This document shows, piece after piece, positions 23,338 to 34,016 of a DNA stretch of 64,000 nt. Each line of letters opens with the position of its first letter. The first letter of the stretch is position 1. The notes beneath the pieces are model-generated. The model had not been told where the DNA came from and did no database searches. It saw nothing but the letters and a program-made list of their open reading frames with translations. The position numbers and the translations under genes were made by a program. Source of the DNA: an uncultured virus (IMG/VR IMGVR_UViG_3300032038_000023). Lineage: Duplodnaviria > Heunggongvirae > Uroviricota > Caudoviricetes. Location: the IMG/VR virus record IMGVR_UViG_3300032038_000023, one strand, 5' to 3'.

Positions 23338-23370
23338 AATCGGAGTATAGAAATATACTCCGATTTTTTT
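23338..23370 (+). terminator. Intrinsic terminator
   Basis: AATCGGAGTATA/TATACTCCGATT followed by a T tract. Confidence 0.8.
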
Positions 23371-23435
23371 ATATTTGATTTATTAGAAAATTTGTGATAT
23401 AATATATATATAAAATAAAGGAAGTAATTATAAAT

Positions 23436-25358
23436 ATGAGTATTTATATTAAAGATGTAGAATTGCCAACAGATACTATAAAGAATATTATGATTTTTTC
23501 GGATGGGCAGATCTTCCAATTTTCTGGATACGGAAATCCAAAACCACTCGGAACCGCCATCTCAGTTCCGCTACATGGGCGGCTTGGAGATCTGGATGTG
23601 TTGTATGAAAAGTTTGCCCGATTGGAGAGCGAAGCTATGAACGCACTGAAAACCACAACTATAGGGAGCACCGAATGGATTAAATGGTCTGCTATTCTAA
23701 CAGAGAGAACAGGCTATAAACATGACATAGCAGATGCTTTAACTATCATTCCGGTAGATAAACCAAAGGAGGAATAAGTATGATTTGGTTACAAATAGTC
23801 ACTACTGTAGTTGTTTGTGGTGCAATCATAACAGATGTAGTCAAGAATAATCATCAAGACGATAAATGCAAAACAGACTGTGATTCTTGCGCCTTTTTGA
23901 GACAGAAGAATCGCCGTTTTGGTGAATATAAGTACCGTTGCAGGGAGCATGGTGGCTTTGATAAACCGCCCCTATTCTGTGCTGACTATAAAAAAAGAAA
24001 CGAGGAGAAATAAGCATGAGCTGCGAATACTGCCATGAAGACAGAGATGGATGCGTTGTTTGCTTAGATCACAGAGGGCATTTGTGGTTTAAGTACCCTG
24101 ATAAACTGGTCTTGGCATTTGACAAAAGTCGGCAAGAGTTTGAGATTCGTTATTGTCCAATGTGTGGAAGGGAGTTAAAGAAATGAGTATTTTAGTCAAG
24201 GGCGTTAGAATGCCGAAAGATCATAATCATGTTACAATCACAATTTGGTCTAATGGGGCTGCAAGCTATGCACTACATGATCGAGGAGAATCCCTTGTTG
24301 ACTTTAGAAATGTAGAAGTCATCTCCGTTCCGCCTCATGGGAGACTGGGCGATCTTGATAGTTTTGCTTTGCTTGTGCTGAATTGGATATCCACGCAAGA
24401 AAAATCATATCCGTATGAAGATAGCAACGCTTTGGCTTGGAGACTTGGCGCAAAAGCTATGGCTAATCAAATCTACAGAGATGTCAAGGCATACCCAACT
24501 ATCATTACGGCAGAGGAGGGTGAGTGATGCTGGTATCGGATTTATATTGTCAGTCTTGCCGAAATGCGAAAGACCATAAGCCGCAAGATAATGAAGTTTG
24601 TTTGTCGTGCGTGGCAATGGGCGGCGCAGGAAACTACAAGGAATCTAAAACCAATATAGATCGAATTCGTACTATGAGCGTTGAAGAGCTGGCAGATTAT
24701 CTTCGGTGGCACAATGATCTTTATTCTCGTAATGGATTAGACTGGCTTGATTGGTTAAAAGAAGAAGCTGAATGATGGTTAATATTTAAAAAGGAAAGGA
24801 TATTTAAAAGGGATAAAAATGAAACGCTATACTATTGAATTTGGCGGCGGCGAGATTGAAATTAATGCTGAATCTGAACGTGATGCAATGGAGAAATTTC
24901 GTGTTTGGATTGCTAATGCGCCTGGCGCCGTGTGGATAGCTGGATATAATTGTATTAAAGTAGAAGAAATAGACTAAAAGGAGAGCTGCGGCATGTCTCG
25001 TTCATATAAAAAACATCCATATTGTACAGACGGCCGCAGTCCTACACCGCGGCAGATGAAGTCTATTGCTAATCGGTCTGTGCGGCGGCGCAATAAACGT
25101 ATTGTTGATGCGTGGTTGCTCGAAGATGATCGTTATGAGAATTGTCTTACTTTAGATGGGAAGAGTTATAAGAAGTGGTTTTGTTCATATGACATTCATG
25201 ATTATATAAGTCGTTGGACATTTACGGAAGCAATGTATGAGTATACCCATCCACGCTGGTTTTATCATTTCTCTACTGACTCTTGGTGGTCAGCTTGGGA
25301 TGATTATAATGAGAAGCAGTTTATTAATCATTGGGCGAAGTATTATAGGAGAAAATAA
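23436..25358 (+). CDS. Operon of small hypothetical genes
   Basis: ORFs 23436, 23780, ~24183, 24524, 24993; 23436 and 24183 share SVPxHGRLGDLD; 23780 is paralogous to 28866 (GGFDKPP). Confidence 0.6.
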
Positions 25359-25508
25359 AAATGAAGTTTTTGTTATATATTAGTTTATTGCTTAGCCTAC
25401 TTTTAATTGTGATGGGTACTGTTTTAGCAATATATAATCATTTCATTTTTGCAATTTATATTGTTTTTGGTTTAATATTTTTTATTTTTATATTAATGGT
25501 AATTATAA

Positions 25509-26081
25509 ATGATTGAAGGACTTTATAAATGTTTTGAACATTGGGGCCAACGCGGCGGAGTATGGGTAATTTCAGATACTCATTTTGGTGAAGATGATTT
25601 AAAAAAAGCTTTTCCTGCGCGGCCGAGTGATGAACAACTTTTAAAACAGATTAATTCAAAGGTTGGAAAAAACGGTGTGCTTATTCACCTAGGTGATGTT
25701 GGAGATTTGGATTACGCGCGGCGGCTTAAAGGATATAAGATTCTTATTATGGGGAACCATGATCAGTCTACTACTAAGTTTCAAGGGGTTTTTGATGAAA
25801 TTTATCGAGGCCCGCTTATGATAAACGAAAGACTTCTATTATCTCATGAGCCAGTAGATATAGATTGGGCTTTTTGTCTGCACGGGCATACGCATCATTT
25901 ATATGTTCGCCGTCCTGGTCATTTGTGTGTTTGTGCAGATGTAGTAGATTATATGCCCATTAATTTTAATGGTTTCATGAAAAGTGGTTTATTAAATGAA
26001 ATTGTTCCCTTACATAGAACAACTATTGATAAGGCAACTTTCAATAAACATGGACATAAATTTGTATATTCTCTTAATTGA
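25509..26081 (+). CDS. Metallophosphoesterase
   Basis: SDTHFG, HLGDVG, GNHD, SHEP, HGHTH. Confidence 0.85.
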   Translation: MIEGLYKCFEHWGQRGGVWVISDTHFGEDDLKKAFPARPSDEQLLKQINSKVGKNGVLIHLGDVGDLDYARRLKGYKILIMGNHDQSTTKFQGVFDEIYRGPLMINERLLLSHEPVDIDWAFCLHGHTHHLYVRRPGHLCVCADVVDYMPINFNGFMKSGLLNEIVPLHRTTIDKATFNKHGHKFVYSLN

Positions 26082-26111
26082 AATGTTACTTTATATTAGG
26101 AGATGATAGAA

Positions 26112-26894
26112 ATGGAATATAAACAAATACCAGTTGGTCAAGCTAAAGATTTAACTGGTCAAAAATTTGGCAGGTTAACCGTATTATATCGCACTGAAAA
26201 TAAAAGTAAGATGACTCGTTGGGTTTGTGAATGTGAATGTGGAGATATTCATGATTATAATGCATAGTCATTAGTTAATGGTACTTCAAAATCGTGTGGG
26301 TGTTTAAATAGAGAAAAAGCAAGTGAAAGAATGTTGTCGTATAACTTACAACAATAGTCTATCCATATTGGTGACCGTTTTGGTAAATTAACTGTTATAG
26401 ATTATTTAGGATGCCGAAAGTAGAAATCACGTGATAAAAAAGCTGCATGGTATTTATGTCAATGTGATTGTGGTAGTTAGCCAATAGAAGTTATGGGTAA
26501 TTTATTAGTCACTGGTTCAAAAAAATCATGTGGATGTTTGGTATCAGCCGGTGAATTAAAAATTCGTAATATACTTGATGAGCATCAAATAAAATATAAA
26601 ACATAGTATACATTTAATGATTTAATTAGTGCTACTGGTAACGTATTGCGTTTTGATTTTGCCGTCTTTGATAATGATAATTTACTATTTTTAATTGAGT
26701 ATGATGGTAGATAGCATTATACTGGACCAGAAGCAAAATGGTCAAATAGTGATTCATTAGAAGCTATTTAGTAGCGAGATGAATAGAAAAATAATTATTG
26801 TAAACAACATAATATTATCTTAAAGCGAATACCATATTATGATTATTTAAATGTTACTTACGAAAAGATTATGGGTAAAGAATACGATATTTGA
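26112..26894 (+). CDS. Free-standing homing endonuclease (Zn-binding repeats + DUF559-like nuclease) (code 15)
   Basis: Two KFGRLTV...CxCxCG...SCGC repeats; LRFDF...EYDGR[TAG]HY. Confidence 0.8.
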
Positions 26895-26950
26895 CTTATT
26901 TTAAAATTTATAGTATAATATATATAGAATAAAGGAAAGGAGAAAGTAAA

Positions 26951-28162
26951 ATGCTGAATGCGAAAGGTGAGCGCGAACTGGCGTACGTCGTAATTGTAGA
27001 TGGAATTGAGGAACTGCCGGGTTACGATCGAGTTGAGTCCGCGCGCATTGGCGGATGGCGTTGTATTGTGCCGAAAGGACAATTTAAAGTAGGAGACCCT
27101 GGGATTTATTTTGAGATTGATAGCCGCGTTCCGTCTGATCGTGAATGCTTTGCTTTCTTGGAGAAGCGGAACTATAAAGTAAAGACTCAGAAGATGTGTA
27201 AGTCTATCTCTCAGGGACTTCTTATGCACGCTGAAGATTTTGGATGGACTATCAATGAGTGGGGCGACGCGATTGTCGATGAAAATGGTGATCGTCATTA
27301 TTCTGTAGATGAATCTCGTTTCCTTACTCAGAAACTTGGTGTGACTTATGCAGATGACGAAGACAATAAGCGCAAGGCCCCTTCGTCTGATAAGTATAAG
27401 AAAATGGCTCAGCGTCATCCTGAAATTTTCCGTCAGAGCTGGGCGCGCTGGATGATGAAGCGCGACTGGGGCAAGAAGCTTATGTTTTTCTTCTTTGGTA
27501 AAGCAAAGGATAAGAAGAATGGCTGGCCTGCGTGGGTACAGAAAACTGATGAGGAACGTATCCAGAATATGCCTTGGATTCTTAATGATGAAGGTAAATG
27601 GATCGCAACTGAAAAGATTGATGGTAGTTCTACTACTTTTACTATGCGTCGTAAGCGTCGTAAGAAAGAGTTTTATGTGTGCTCCCGCAATGTGTGCTTT
27701 GACAGTGTAGATAAGCCGTGTTATTACGACACGAATATCTACTGGGAAATGGCGCAGAAGTACAATATGTATAATGTGCTGTCCGATATTCTCGATCATT
27801 TTCCCGAAGCAGAATGGGTAACTATCCAAGGCGAGACCTATGGTGAAGGTGTACAGAAGAGAGACTACTCTATTAAGGGTCATGACTTTAAGGCGTTTAA
27901 CCTTATTACTTCCAATAAAGGCCGCTGGAATAGTTGCGCGATGCAGAATCTGCTTGAGTACGGGTATAATGTACCTTGTGTTCCTATTATAGATCCGCAT
28001 TTTTACTTTAACGGCATGAATGTAGACCAGATCCTTGAGTATGCCGAAGGTAACTCCAAGGTTGATGGTAAGGCCCGCGAGGGGATTGTGTTTAGATCTG
28101 AAGACGGTACTCAGTCCTTTAAAGCGGTTAGTAATAGCTTTTTGGTGAAATATCATGGTTAA
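26951..28162 (+). CDS. RNA ligase (Rnl2/DRB0094-like)
   Basis: EKIDGSS, QGETYG, REGIV, SFKAVS; N-terminal OB-like part with SQGLL. Confidence 0.85.
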   Translation: MLNAKGERELAYVVIVDGIEELPGYDRVESARIGGWRCIVPKGQFKVGDPGIYFEIDSRVPSDRECFAFLEKRNYKVKTQKMCKSISQGLLMHAEDFGWTINEWGDAIVDENGDRHYSVDESRFLTQKLGVTYADDEDNKRKAPSSDKYKKMAQRHPEIFRQSWARWMMKRDWGKKLMFFFFGKAKDKKNGWPAWVQKTDEERIQNMPWILNDEGKWIATEKIDGSSTTFTMRRKRRKKEFYVCSRNVCFDSVDKPCYYDTNIYWEMAQKYNMYNVLSDILDHFPEAEWVTIQGETYGEGVQKRDYSIKGHDFKAFNLITSNKGRWNSCAMQNLLEYGYNVPCVPIIDPHFYFNGMNVDQILEYAEGNSKVDGKAREGIVFRSEDGTQSFKAVSNSFLVKYHG

Positions 28163-28468
28163 TTTTCTTTATGGTTTTAGTGTGATCTTTTGGATTAGTT
28201 TGACCACAATGGTAATAGCATATAGGGATAAAGACAATGTTTAATTCTCATATATTAGGTTGGGTATGTCTGGGATTAAGCGTAGTTAATATATTCTACG
28301 CCGTAAAGAAAAATAATTGGATTAACCTATTGATCGCGGCATTACTTATAGCTGCCGCATGGATAAATTTATCATTGTAATTAAGAGTAGCAAAAGCTAC
28401 TCTTAATTTGCTTTTTCTTTATTTTTATGTTATAATATATATGTAAAATAAAGAAAGGAGTAATAAAA

Positions 28469-28672
28469 ATGCCAGTCGATTTAAAAGCTATTAAATTATT
28501 AAAAGAAGAAACTGGGTGTTCTTTGCGAGATTGTAAAAAAGCTTTTGAATATGCAGAGACACATGAAGGTGTTACTCCTTTGGGGTATTTGAAAGCTCAG
28601 TGCTTTGCTGTTAAAATTGAACCTTTTGAAAGAAAAGTAAAATTATTTTCAAAAGAAAGGGAAGATCGATGA
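28469..28672 (+). CDS. Small protein resembling the EF-Ts N-terminal UBA-like domain
   Basis: IKLLKEETGCSLRDCKKA resembles EF-Ts VKELRExTGxGxxDCKKAL. Confidence 0.6.
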   Translation: MPVDLKAIKLLKEETGCSLRDCKKAFEYAETHEGVTPLGYLKAQCFAVKIEPFERKVKLFSKEREDR

Positions 28673-29095
28673 TGACCACCTATGAAAAAATTGATTGTTG
28701 GATTACTCAGCATGAGAATTTTAAGTATACTGAGAGAACGATTGATCAGATTGCGGATTATATTGATTGGGCATGGAAATGGCGCAAGATCAGTAAAGAG
28801 CAGATGGAAGAGACAGCAGACAGAGTTTGTAACCTCCTTGAAGATGAAAGGTTGGGATTTAGATAATGATATTAGAAGCAATAGCTACTGCGGTCGTGTG
28901 TGGTGCGATTATTTATGATGTAACACATAACCAAGATAATTCGTGTTGTCAATGTGAGAGTTGTAAGTATTTAAAGCGTAAGAATAATGTGAGTCGCTTT
29001 TCTGACATTTGGATTTATAATTGTGATAAGTTTGGTGGGTTTGATAAACCGCCTAAGTATTGTCGTGAGTATAAATCACGGGAAGGAGTAAAGTA

Positions 29096-29611
29096 ATGAG
29101 CGATAAGACTTTATGGATCATGAGTGGGATTCCTGGCTGCGGGAAGTCCCACGTAGCGAAGAACGAACTTATGCATGGGAGTGGTTGGAGATATATTTCA
29201 CGGGATGAAATTCGTCTTAACTATCTCGATGAAAACGATGAACACTTCGCGCATGAAGGCGCGGTCTATGATGAATTTATCTATAGGATTCGTGAAGCAC
29301 TTAACTCCGAAGGCGTGTTTGATGTGATTGCAGATGCAACGCATCTGAATTGGGCTAGCCGCCGTAAACTTCTGACTGCGCTTGGACGCGAGATTGATCT
29401 GACGAAGATCAATATTGTGGCTGTTGTTGTGAAAGCTGATTATCGGACGTGTCTTATGCGGAATAAAGCACGTACTGGGCGCGCGTGCGTTCCGGAGAAT
29501 ATTATTAATAATATGTATAAACATTATCGCCATCCGAATAAAGATCCGTTTAACTATAATGGGATTATGGAGTGGGATAATGAGACTGAAGACTGGAGTG
29601 ATGTATCGTGA
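29096..29611 (+). CDS. Polynucleotide kinase-like (AAA_33)
   Basis: GIPGCGKS, SRDEIR, DAT, RNxxR. Confidence 0.8.
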   Translation: MSDKTLWIMSGIPGCGKSHVAKNELMHGSGWRYISRDEIRLNYLDENDEHFAHEGAVYDEFIYRIREALNSEGVFDVIADATHLNWASRRKLLTALGREIDLTKINIVAVVVKADYRTCLMRNKARTGRACVPENIINNMYKHYRHPNKDPFNYNGIMEWDNETEDWSDVS

Positions 29612-30209
29612 TATGGATAACATCAGACTTTCATTTCCTATAAAAAAGTGAAAGAAGGTGATAATATGAAAATCTGGATTACGTCAGATTTTCACTGACT
29701 ATTTTGGACATAATAAAGATTTTATCTACAGGCCGCGCGGATACACAAACATCTACGAAGAAGCAGAAGACTTAATTAGTAAGTATAACTCGGTTGTAAA
29801 TTGGGACGATACGGTCTATATTCTTGGTGATTGTATGCTCAATGATAATAAATTCGGTCTTTCTTGTTTACGGCGGCTTGCGGGTGAAAAGTATTTAATC
29901 CCTGGAAATCATGATAGTGATGATCGTATTCAACTATATGAAGATAATGGTATCTTTATGGATATTCAGTTTGGGTATCGTTTAAAGTATAATCATTGGA
30001 CTTTTCTACTTAATCATTATCCTATACTTACTGAGAACTATCAAGATCGCCATAAAGTGATTTCTCTGTGCGGCCATTCACATACTACTGATCCATTTTT
30101 GCACTGGCCGCACGGACTCATATATCACTGCGAAGTAGATGCCCATGACGGCTACCCAGTAAGTATGGATCAGATTGTTTCGGACATTAAATCTCAACTT
30201 AATACTTGA
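29608..30209 (+). pseudogene. Split metallophosphoesterase with duplicated N-terminus
   Basis: Two IWITSDFH segments, each followed by a stop; remainder (FGH...LGD...GNHD...GHSH) in another frame from 29703. Confidence 0.6.
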
Positions 30210-30267
30210 TTTTTCTTTAATTTTATAGTATAATATATATGTAAGATGAAGAAAGGAGATAGAAACA

Positions 30268-31780
30268 ATGTTTGAAGATGAACTCAAGAACTGGCTTGAT
30301 AAGAATGGTTTTGGTGAGATCGAAGTTTTTGATGATGATGAGTTTATGTTTGACATTGCTACTAATGAGATTCACTTCGGTGTAGTTTCTACCTCCGAAG
30401 GCATCTGGTTTGCTCAGTTCGCTTATGAGTATGGTATGAAGCACGATAATATTGTTCCTGAAGTGCTTGCTTTTCTCCATGAGATTGGTCACTATAAGAC
30501 CATTAAGTGCTTTGACAATACCGATCTTGAGAATGATACTGCCGCTAAGTTTGTTCTTGGTATGAATGGTTATTCCCAGGATACGATGGTTGCTTATTGG
30601 GAACTGCCGATGGAGTTTGCCGCTAATGTGTGGGCTATTGATTTTGTTAATAATAATATTGACGCTGTTGAAGAGCTTTGCGGCATCTACCGCAAGTATT
30701 ATGAAGAGTAAAGGAGTGTAAAAAATGGGACTGCGTGAACTTAAAAGCCTTAATCGTAAGAAGTATCAGCGTGCGCTTAATAAAGAAGTGTGCAAGCTGA
30801 ATAAGAGTATTAAAGAAGATTGGCTGTGGAACGGCCGGTTTGTTATGCGGCAGGCCGCCGCATGGTTTAAACCGTTTGAAGACCATAGTGGCGCAGAGTT
30901 TGAAGTAACTCTTGTCTTTATTGATACTAAGACCGGCCGCAAAGAAGCTAAAGTTTTTGACAACTATAGTGTTAGTTGGAAGATGTGGGAGTGGGCTAAT
31001 TTCTGTATCACTGAAATTTGGGATGTATGGTCTGAAGATCCGAATCCTAACGAACAAGCGCGGCTTGAAGGCCGCACTCCTCCAGAATTTTTCTAATTTG
31101 ACTTTTCTCTATTTTTATGATATAATATATATGTAAAATGAAAGAAGAGAAAGGAGATTTTGAAATGGGTCTTGATAATGGAGTTGTAATTAAAGATGTT
31201 ACTCGTGCAGATCTGCCGAAACTGATGCGGTTCCCCAGTGATTGTGACTATATTAAAGGTGAAGTTGAGATTTGCTACTGGCGTAAGTGCTGGGGTCTTC
31301 GTAATGCTTTTCTCCATCATCGTTTTTTGAATAGTGATCCCGACCAGTGGCAGTTTAAACTGAGTATTGACGATGTAGATTATCTGCGCGCTCTCATCGT
31401 TACGTATCTGAAGCATCCGAATGATTGGGATGGCTCTATTTGGGAGTTCTCAGAGATCAAACATAATCTGCGCGCGCAGCGTTGGAATCTTTTGCTTCTT
31501 CGGTTTTGGATGGAGAAGCACCCCGATAAAGAGGTATATTTCTATGACAGTTACTAAAAGTAATAAAATCTATCCTAAGCTTTATCATTATGCGATTCGT
31601 TATTTTGATGATTCAATTGATGAGTTTGTTGAAACTGAAGGCATTACTGCTGGTGTAAATTATGCCACGGCCGCCAAAAACGTAGAAAAAATATATGATA
31701 GTGATATTGTATATATGAATCTGTATGAGACTTTTCCTGTAATTAGTGTAGACGAACTTGATGGGATTTTAAATTCTTAA
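30268..31780 (+). CDS. Hypothetical genes (30268 with HExxH motif, 30725, 31165, 31544)
   Basis: Promoter- and RBS-supported ORFs; LHEIGH in 30268. Confidence 0.6.
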
Positions 31781-31819
31781 TATTTGCAATTATACTAAAT
31801 TTATAGTATAATATATATG

Positions 31820-32325
31820 TAAGGTTGAGAGAGACGCGGAGTCATGACCGAAGAATTTTCAATCTGTACCGACAGAATTTACCAGATACCAAGGATCGTT
31901 AAATAGGAACTGGTTGACTTTTCAGATGGTATCTCATATACCGCAAGGGTTTCAACAAGAAAACTCAAGTTGATCTATGAGCGCGGCGATTCAGAGGATG
32001 TTCAGACAGCGAGAGTGTAGCATGAACAACTACGTGAAAGTTTCGCTTAACTGCTACCTCGGCAGGAATAAGCAATTTAGTTCTTACTTTAAGACTCTAT
32101 GGAGCTTAAAGATTAAATGATGTAGGATGTATGGGCCTACGGTCTGCCATAGACGATAAACTTGGCGGATGGGTAGCCAAGAATTAAAAGGTACTAAGAC
32201 AATAGGTGCGTAGAAAAGGAACACATTGAGGACCAACTCAACAGAGGACTTCGTTGTGACTCAGTACCAAGGTTGTGAAATCCTGATACGCTGCGCGTGA
32301 TTGAAACTGCACGCCCCATCCATTA
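31820..32325 (+). ncRNA. Large structured ncRNA candidate (ROOL-like by size and context)
   Basis: Own TTGCAA/TATAAT promoter; TTTCAATC 31857 pairs with GATTGAAA 32299; loop GGATGGG 32167 pairs with CCCATCC 32315; directly before a tRNA. Confidence 0.6.
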
Positions 32326-32330
32326 GATTT

Positions 32331-32406
32331 AGGAAGTTGAGTCAAATGGTTAGCCTAGAGGACTTATAATCCTCCTATCTGGGTTCAAGTCCCAGACTTC
32401 CTACCA
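32331..32406 (+). tRNA. tRNA-Ile (TAT)
   Basis: GAGGA-CTTATAA-TCCTC; acceptor AGGAAGT/ACTTCCT; CCA. Confidence 0.85.
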
Positions 32407-32428
32407 ATACCTTTCCATGCGAATTTTA

Positions 32429-32517
32429 AAGACGGTTACAGCAACTTTTTTATGGATTAAGGATAAATTCGTTATTTATATCGAGAAGGTTCAATTCCTT
32501 CAAATTTTCTCCGTCTT
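32429..32517 (+). ncRNA. ACAGCAA element E2 (anticodon-like CGT hairpin + T-arm)
   Basis: AAGACGG/CCGTCTT stem; ATAAA-TTCGTTA-TTTAT; GAAGG-TTCAATT-CCTTC. Confidence 0.65.
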
Positions 32518-32525
32518 GTTTTTAT

Positions 32526-32612
32526 GCGGGCGTGGCGGAATTGGCAGACGCATTGGACTTAAAATCCACTGGTCTTAAGGCCGTGTGGGTTCGAATCCCA
32601 CCGCCCGCACCA
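32526..32612 (+). tRNA. tRNA-Leu (TAA)
   Basis: Cloverleaf with long variable arm, CCA. Confidence 0.92.
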
Positions 32613-32613
32613 A

Positions 32614-32674
32614 TAGACTCATACAGCAAATATTCTTGGAATAGTCTGCTAAACTATAATTTAAAAAGAGTCTA
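32614..32674 (+). ncRNA. ACAGCAA element E3 (Ser-GCT anticodon hairpin)
   Basis: TAGACTC/GAGTCTA stem; ATAGT-CTGCTAA-ACTAT. Confidence 0.65.
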
Positions 32675-32686
32675 GTAATTAAATAT

Positions 32687-32772
32687 GGGTCGGTATTCCG
32701 TAGAAGGTAGCGGGGGAGTCTGTAAAACTCTTGGCTCAGCCTCGGTTGGTTCGATCCCAACCCGGCCCACCA
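32687..32772 (+). tRNA. tRNA-Tyr (GTA)
   Basis: GGAGT-CTGTAAA-ACTCT; CCA. Confidence 0.9.
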
Positions 32773-32812
32773 AAGCGGTTTATGCCTACAACCGCGAGGA
32801 TAATTGTTAATA

Positions 32813-32920
32813 AAGACAGATACAGCAATTTTTTTGAAATCATTTGAGTCTGCAAAACTTAGGGTCTGGGTTCGATTCCCAGCTTTGTGGTGTAATGGTA
32901 GCATTTTGATTTTCTGTCTT
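32813..32920 (+). ncRNA. ACAGCAA element E4 with circularly permuted tRNA-Cys-like module
   Basis: AAGACAGA/TCTGTCTT stem enclosing anticodon arm (GCA), T-arm, then D-arm. Confidence 0.7.
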
Positions 32921-32927
32921 GTAATAT

Positions 32928-33002
32928 TGCTCAGTAGCTCAGAGGCAGAGCGCGCGGCCGTTAACCGCGAGGTCGAGATATCGTAATTCTCCTGAGCAGC
33001 CA
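32928..33002 (+). tRNA. tRNA-Asn (GTT)
   Basis: CGCGG-CCGTTAA-CCGCG; atypical T loop; CCA. Confidence 0.85.
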
Positions 33003-33120
33003 ATGTAAGTGATTCTTAAATTATGCTTGAAAAGGATAGCCTCTCGCGGAACGATCTCTATGGTTGTTCCAACAGTAGCGGTGATGATGCCAAAGGCCAC
33101 GGTGCATATGCCGCCATTTT

Positions 33121-33196
33121 GCGCCTGTAGCTCAGTTGGTAGAGCAGAGCACTTTTAATGCTAAGGTCGGCAGTTCAAGTCTGCCTAGGCGCACCA
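33121..33196 (+). tRNA. tRNA-Lys (TTT)
   Basis: Canonical cloverleaf, CCA. Confidence 0.92.
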
Positions 33197-33393
33197 TTAT
33201 AAGTGTGTTTGTTAATGCCATAAGCATTTACTATCATAAACTGTAGTGCGGCTCAGTTCAAATCGACCGTTTCCACGGTGACAATTTACAACCGCTTAGG
33301 ATACAGATTAAAGATCACAGTCTTGTGTAAAATTCTTTAGTCGCTAGTTCGGAGGTTTCCAGTCCTCAATTTTGAATGAAGAAAAACTGGAGA

Positions 33394-33504
33394 AACTGCG
33401 TGGCGGAATAGGTAGACGCTTATAAGGTAAGGGCCGCTTGATCCGATACTTGCGCCGGTATATGGCCGGTTGCCCATGCAAGGTGCAAATCCTTGCCGCA
33501 GTTT
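33394..33504 (+). ncRNA. tRNA-like RNA with the anticodon arm replaced by a long stem
   Basis: AACTGCG/CGCAGTT acceptor, GGCGGAATAGGTAGACGC D-arm, CAAGG-TGCAAAT-CCTTG T-arm; no CCA. Confidence 0.65.
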
Positions 33505-33515
33505 TAAATATTAAT

Positions 33516-33602
33516 GCCAGTTTAGTGTAACGGTAACACAGCGGCCTTGAAAGCCGTCGGGTTTTATCACCCTTGCGGGTTCAAATCCTGCAGCTGGCGC
33601 CA
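33516..33602 (+). tRNA. tRNA-Ser (TGA)
   Basis: GCGGC-CTTGAAA-GCCGT, long variable arm, CCA. Confidence 0.88.
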
Positions 33603-33611
33603 TATAAATAA

Positions 33612-33686
33612 GCTGGTGTAGCACAAAGGTAGTGCAATCGCCTTGTAAGCGATAGGTTGTGGGTTCAACTCCCTCCGCTAGCTCCA
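33612..33686 (+). tRNA. tRNA-Thr (TGT)
   Basis: ATCGC-CTTGTAA-GCGAT; CCA. Confidence 0.9.
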
Positions 33687-33746
33687 TCATTTAAATTTTG
33701 ACTTTTGTAAAAATTTATGGTATAATAAATATACAAAATAAGATAT

Positions 33747-33821
33747 TGAGATGTAAGTCAGAGGAAGACGGCGACATTTGGGTTGTCGAAGCCGTGGGTT
33801 CGAATCCCGCCATCTCAGCCA
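33747..33821 (+). tRNA. tRNA-Pro (TGG)
   Basis: CGACA-TTTGGGT-TGTCG; CCA. Confidence 0.85.
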
Positions 33822-33824
33822 CAT

Positions 33825-33942
33825 AAGACGCAGACAGCAATTACATATATATTTAAGGAATTATTTATTTTACTTTCTTTCTTTTCTTTCCCCTCTTTAT
33901 GGTGTTATGCCGGCATATCCCTTTTAATTATTGATGCGTCTT
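33825..33942 (+). ncRNA. ACAGCAA element E5
   Basis: AAGACGCA/TGCGTCTT stem with pyrimidine-rich interior. Confidence 0.6.
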
Positions 33943-33957
33943 GGTTTTAAATTAATT

Positions 33958-34016
33958 TAGACACGAACAGCAAACTTTGGTACTGCTATTGGAGATAGGA
34001 ATAATACTTGTGTCTA
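33958..34016 (+). ncRNA. ACAGCAA element E6
   Basis: TAGACACG/TGTGTCTA stem; interior contains CTGCTA. Confidence 0.6.

Noticed and set aside
26858..28156. 432-aa minus-strand ORF
   Set aside because: Antisense shadow of the RNA ligase; the same applies to 34847..35929, 9422..10039 and 2163..2705.
33394..33504. tmRNA
   Set aside because: Too short, has a full D-arm, and has no tag reading frame.
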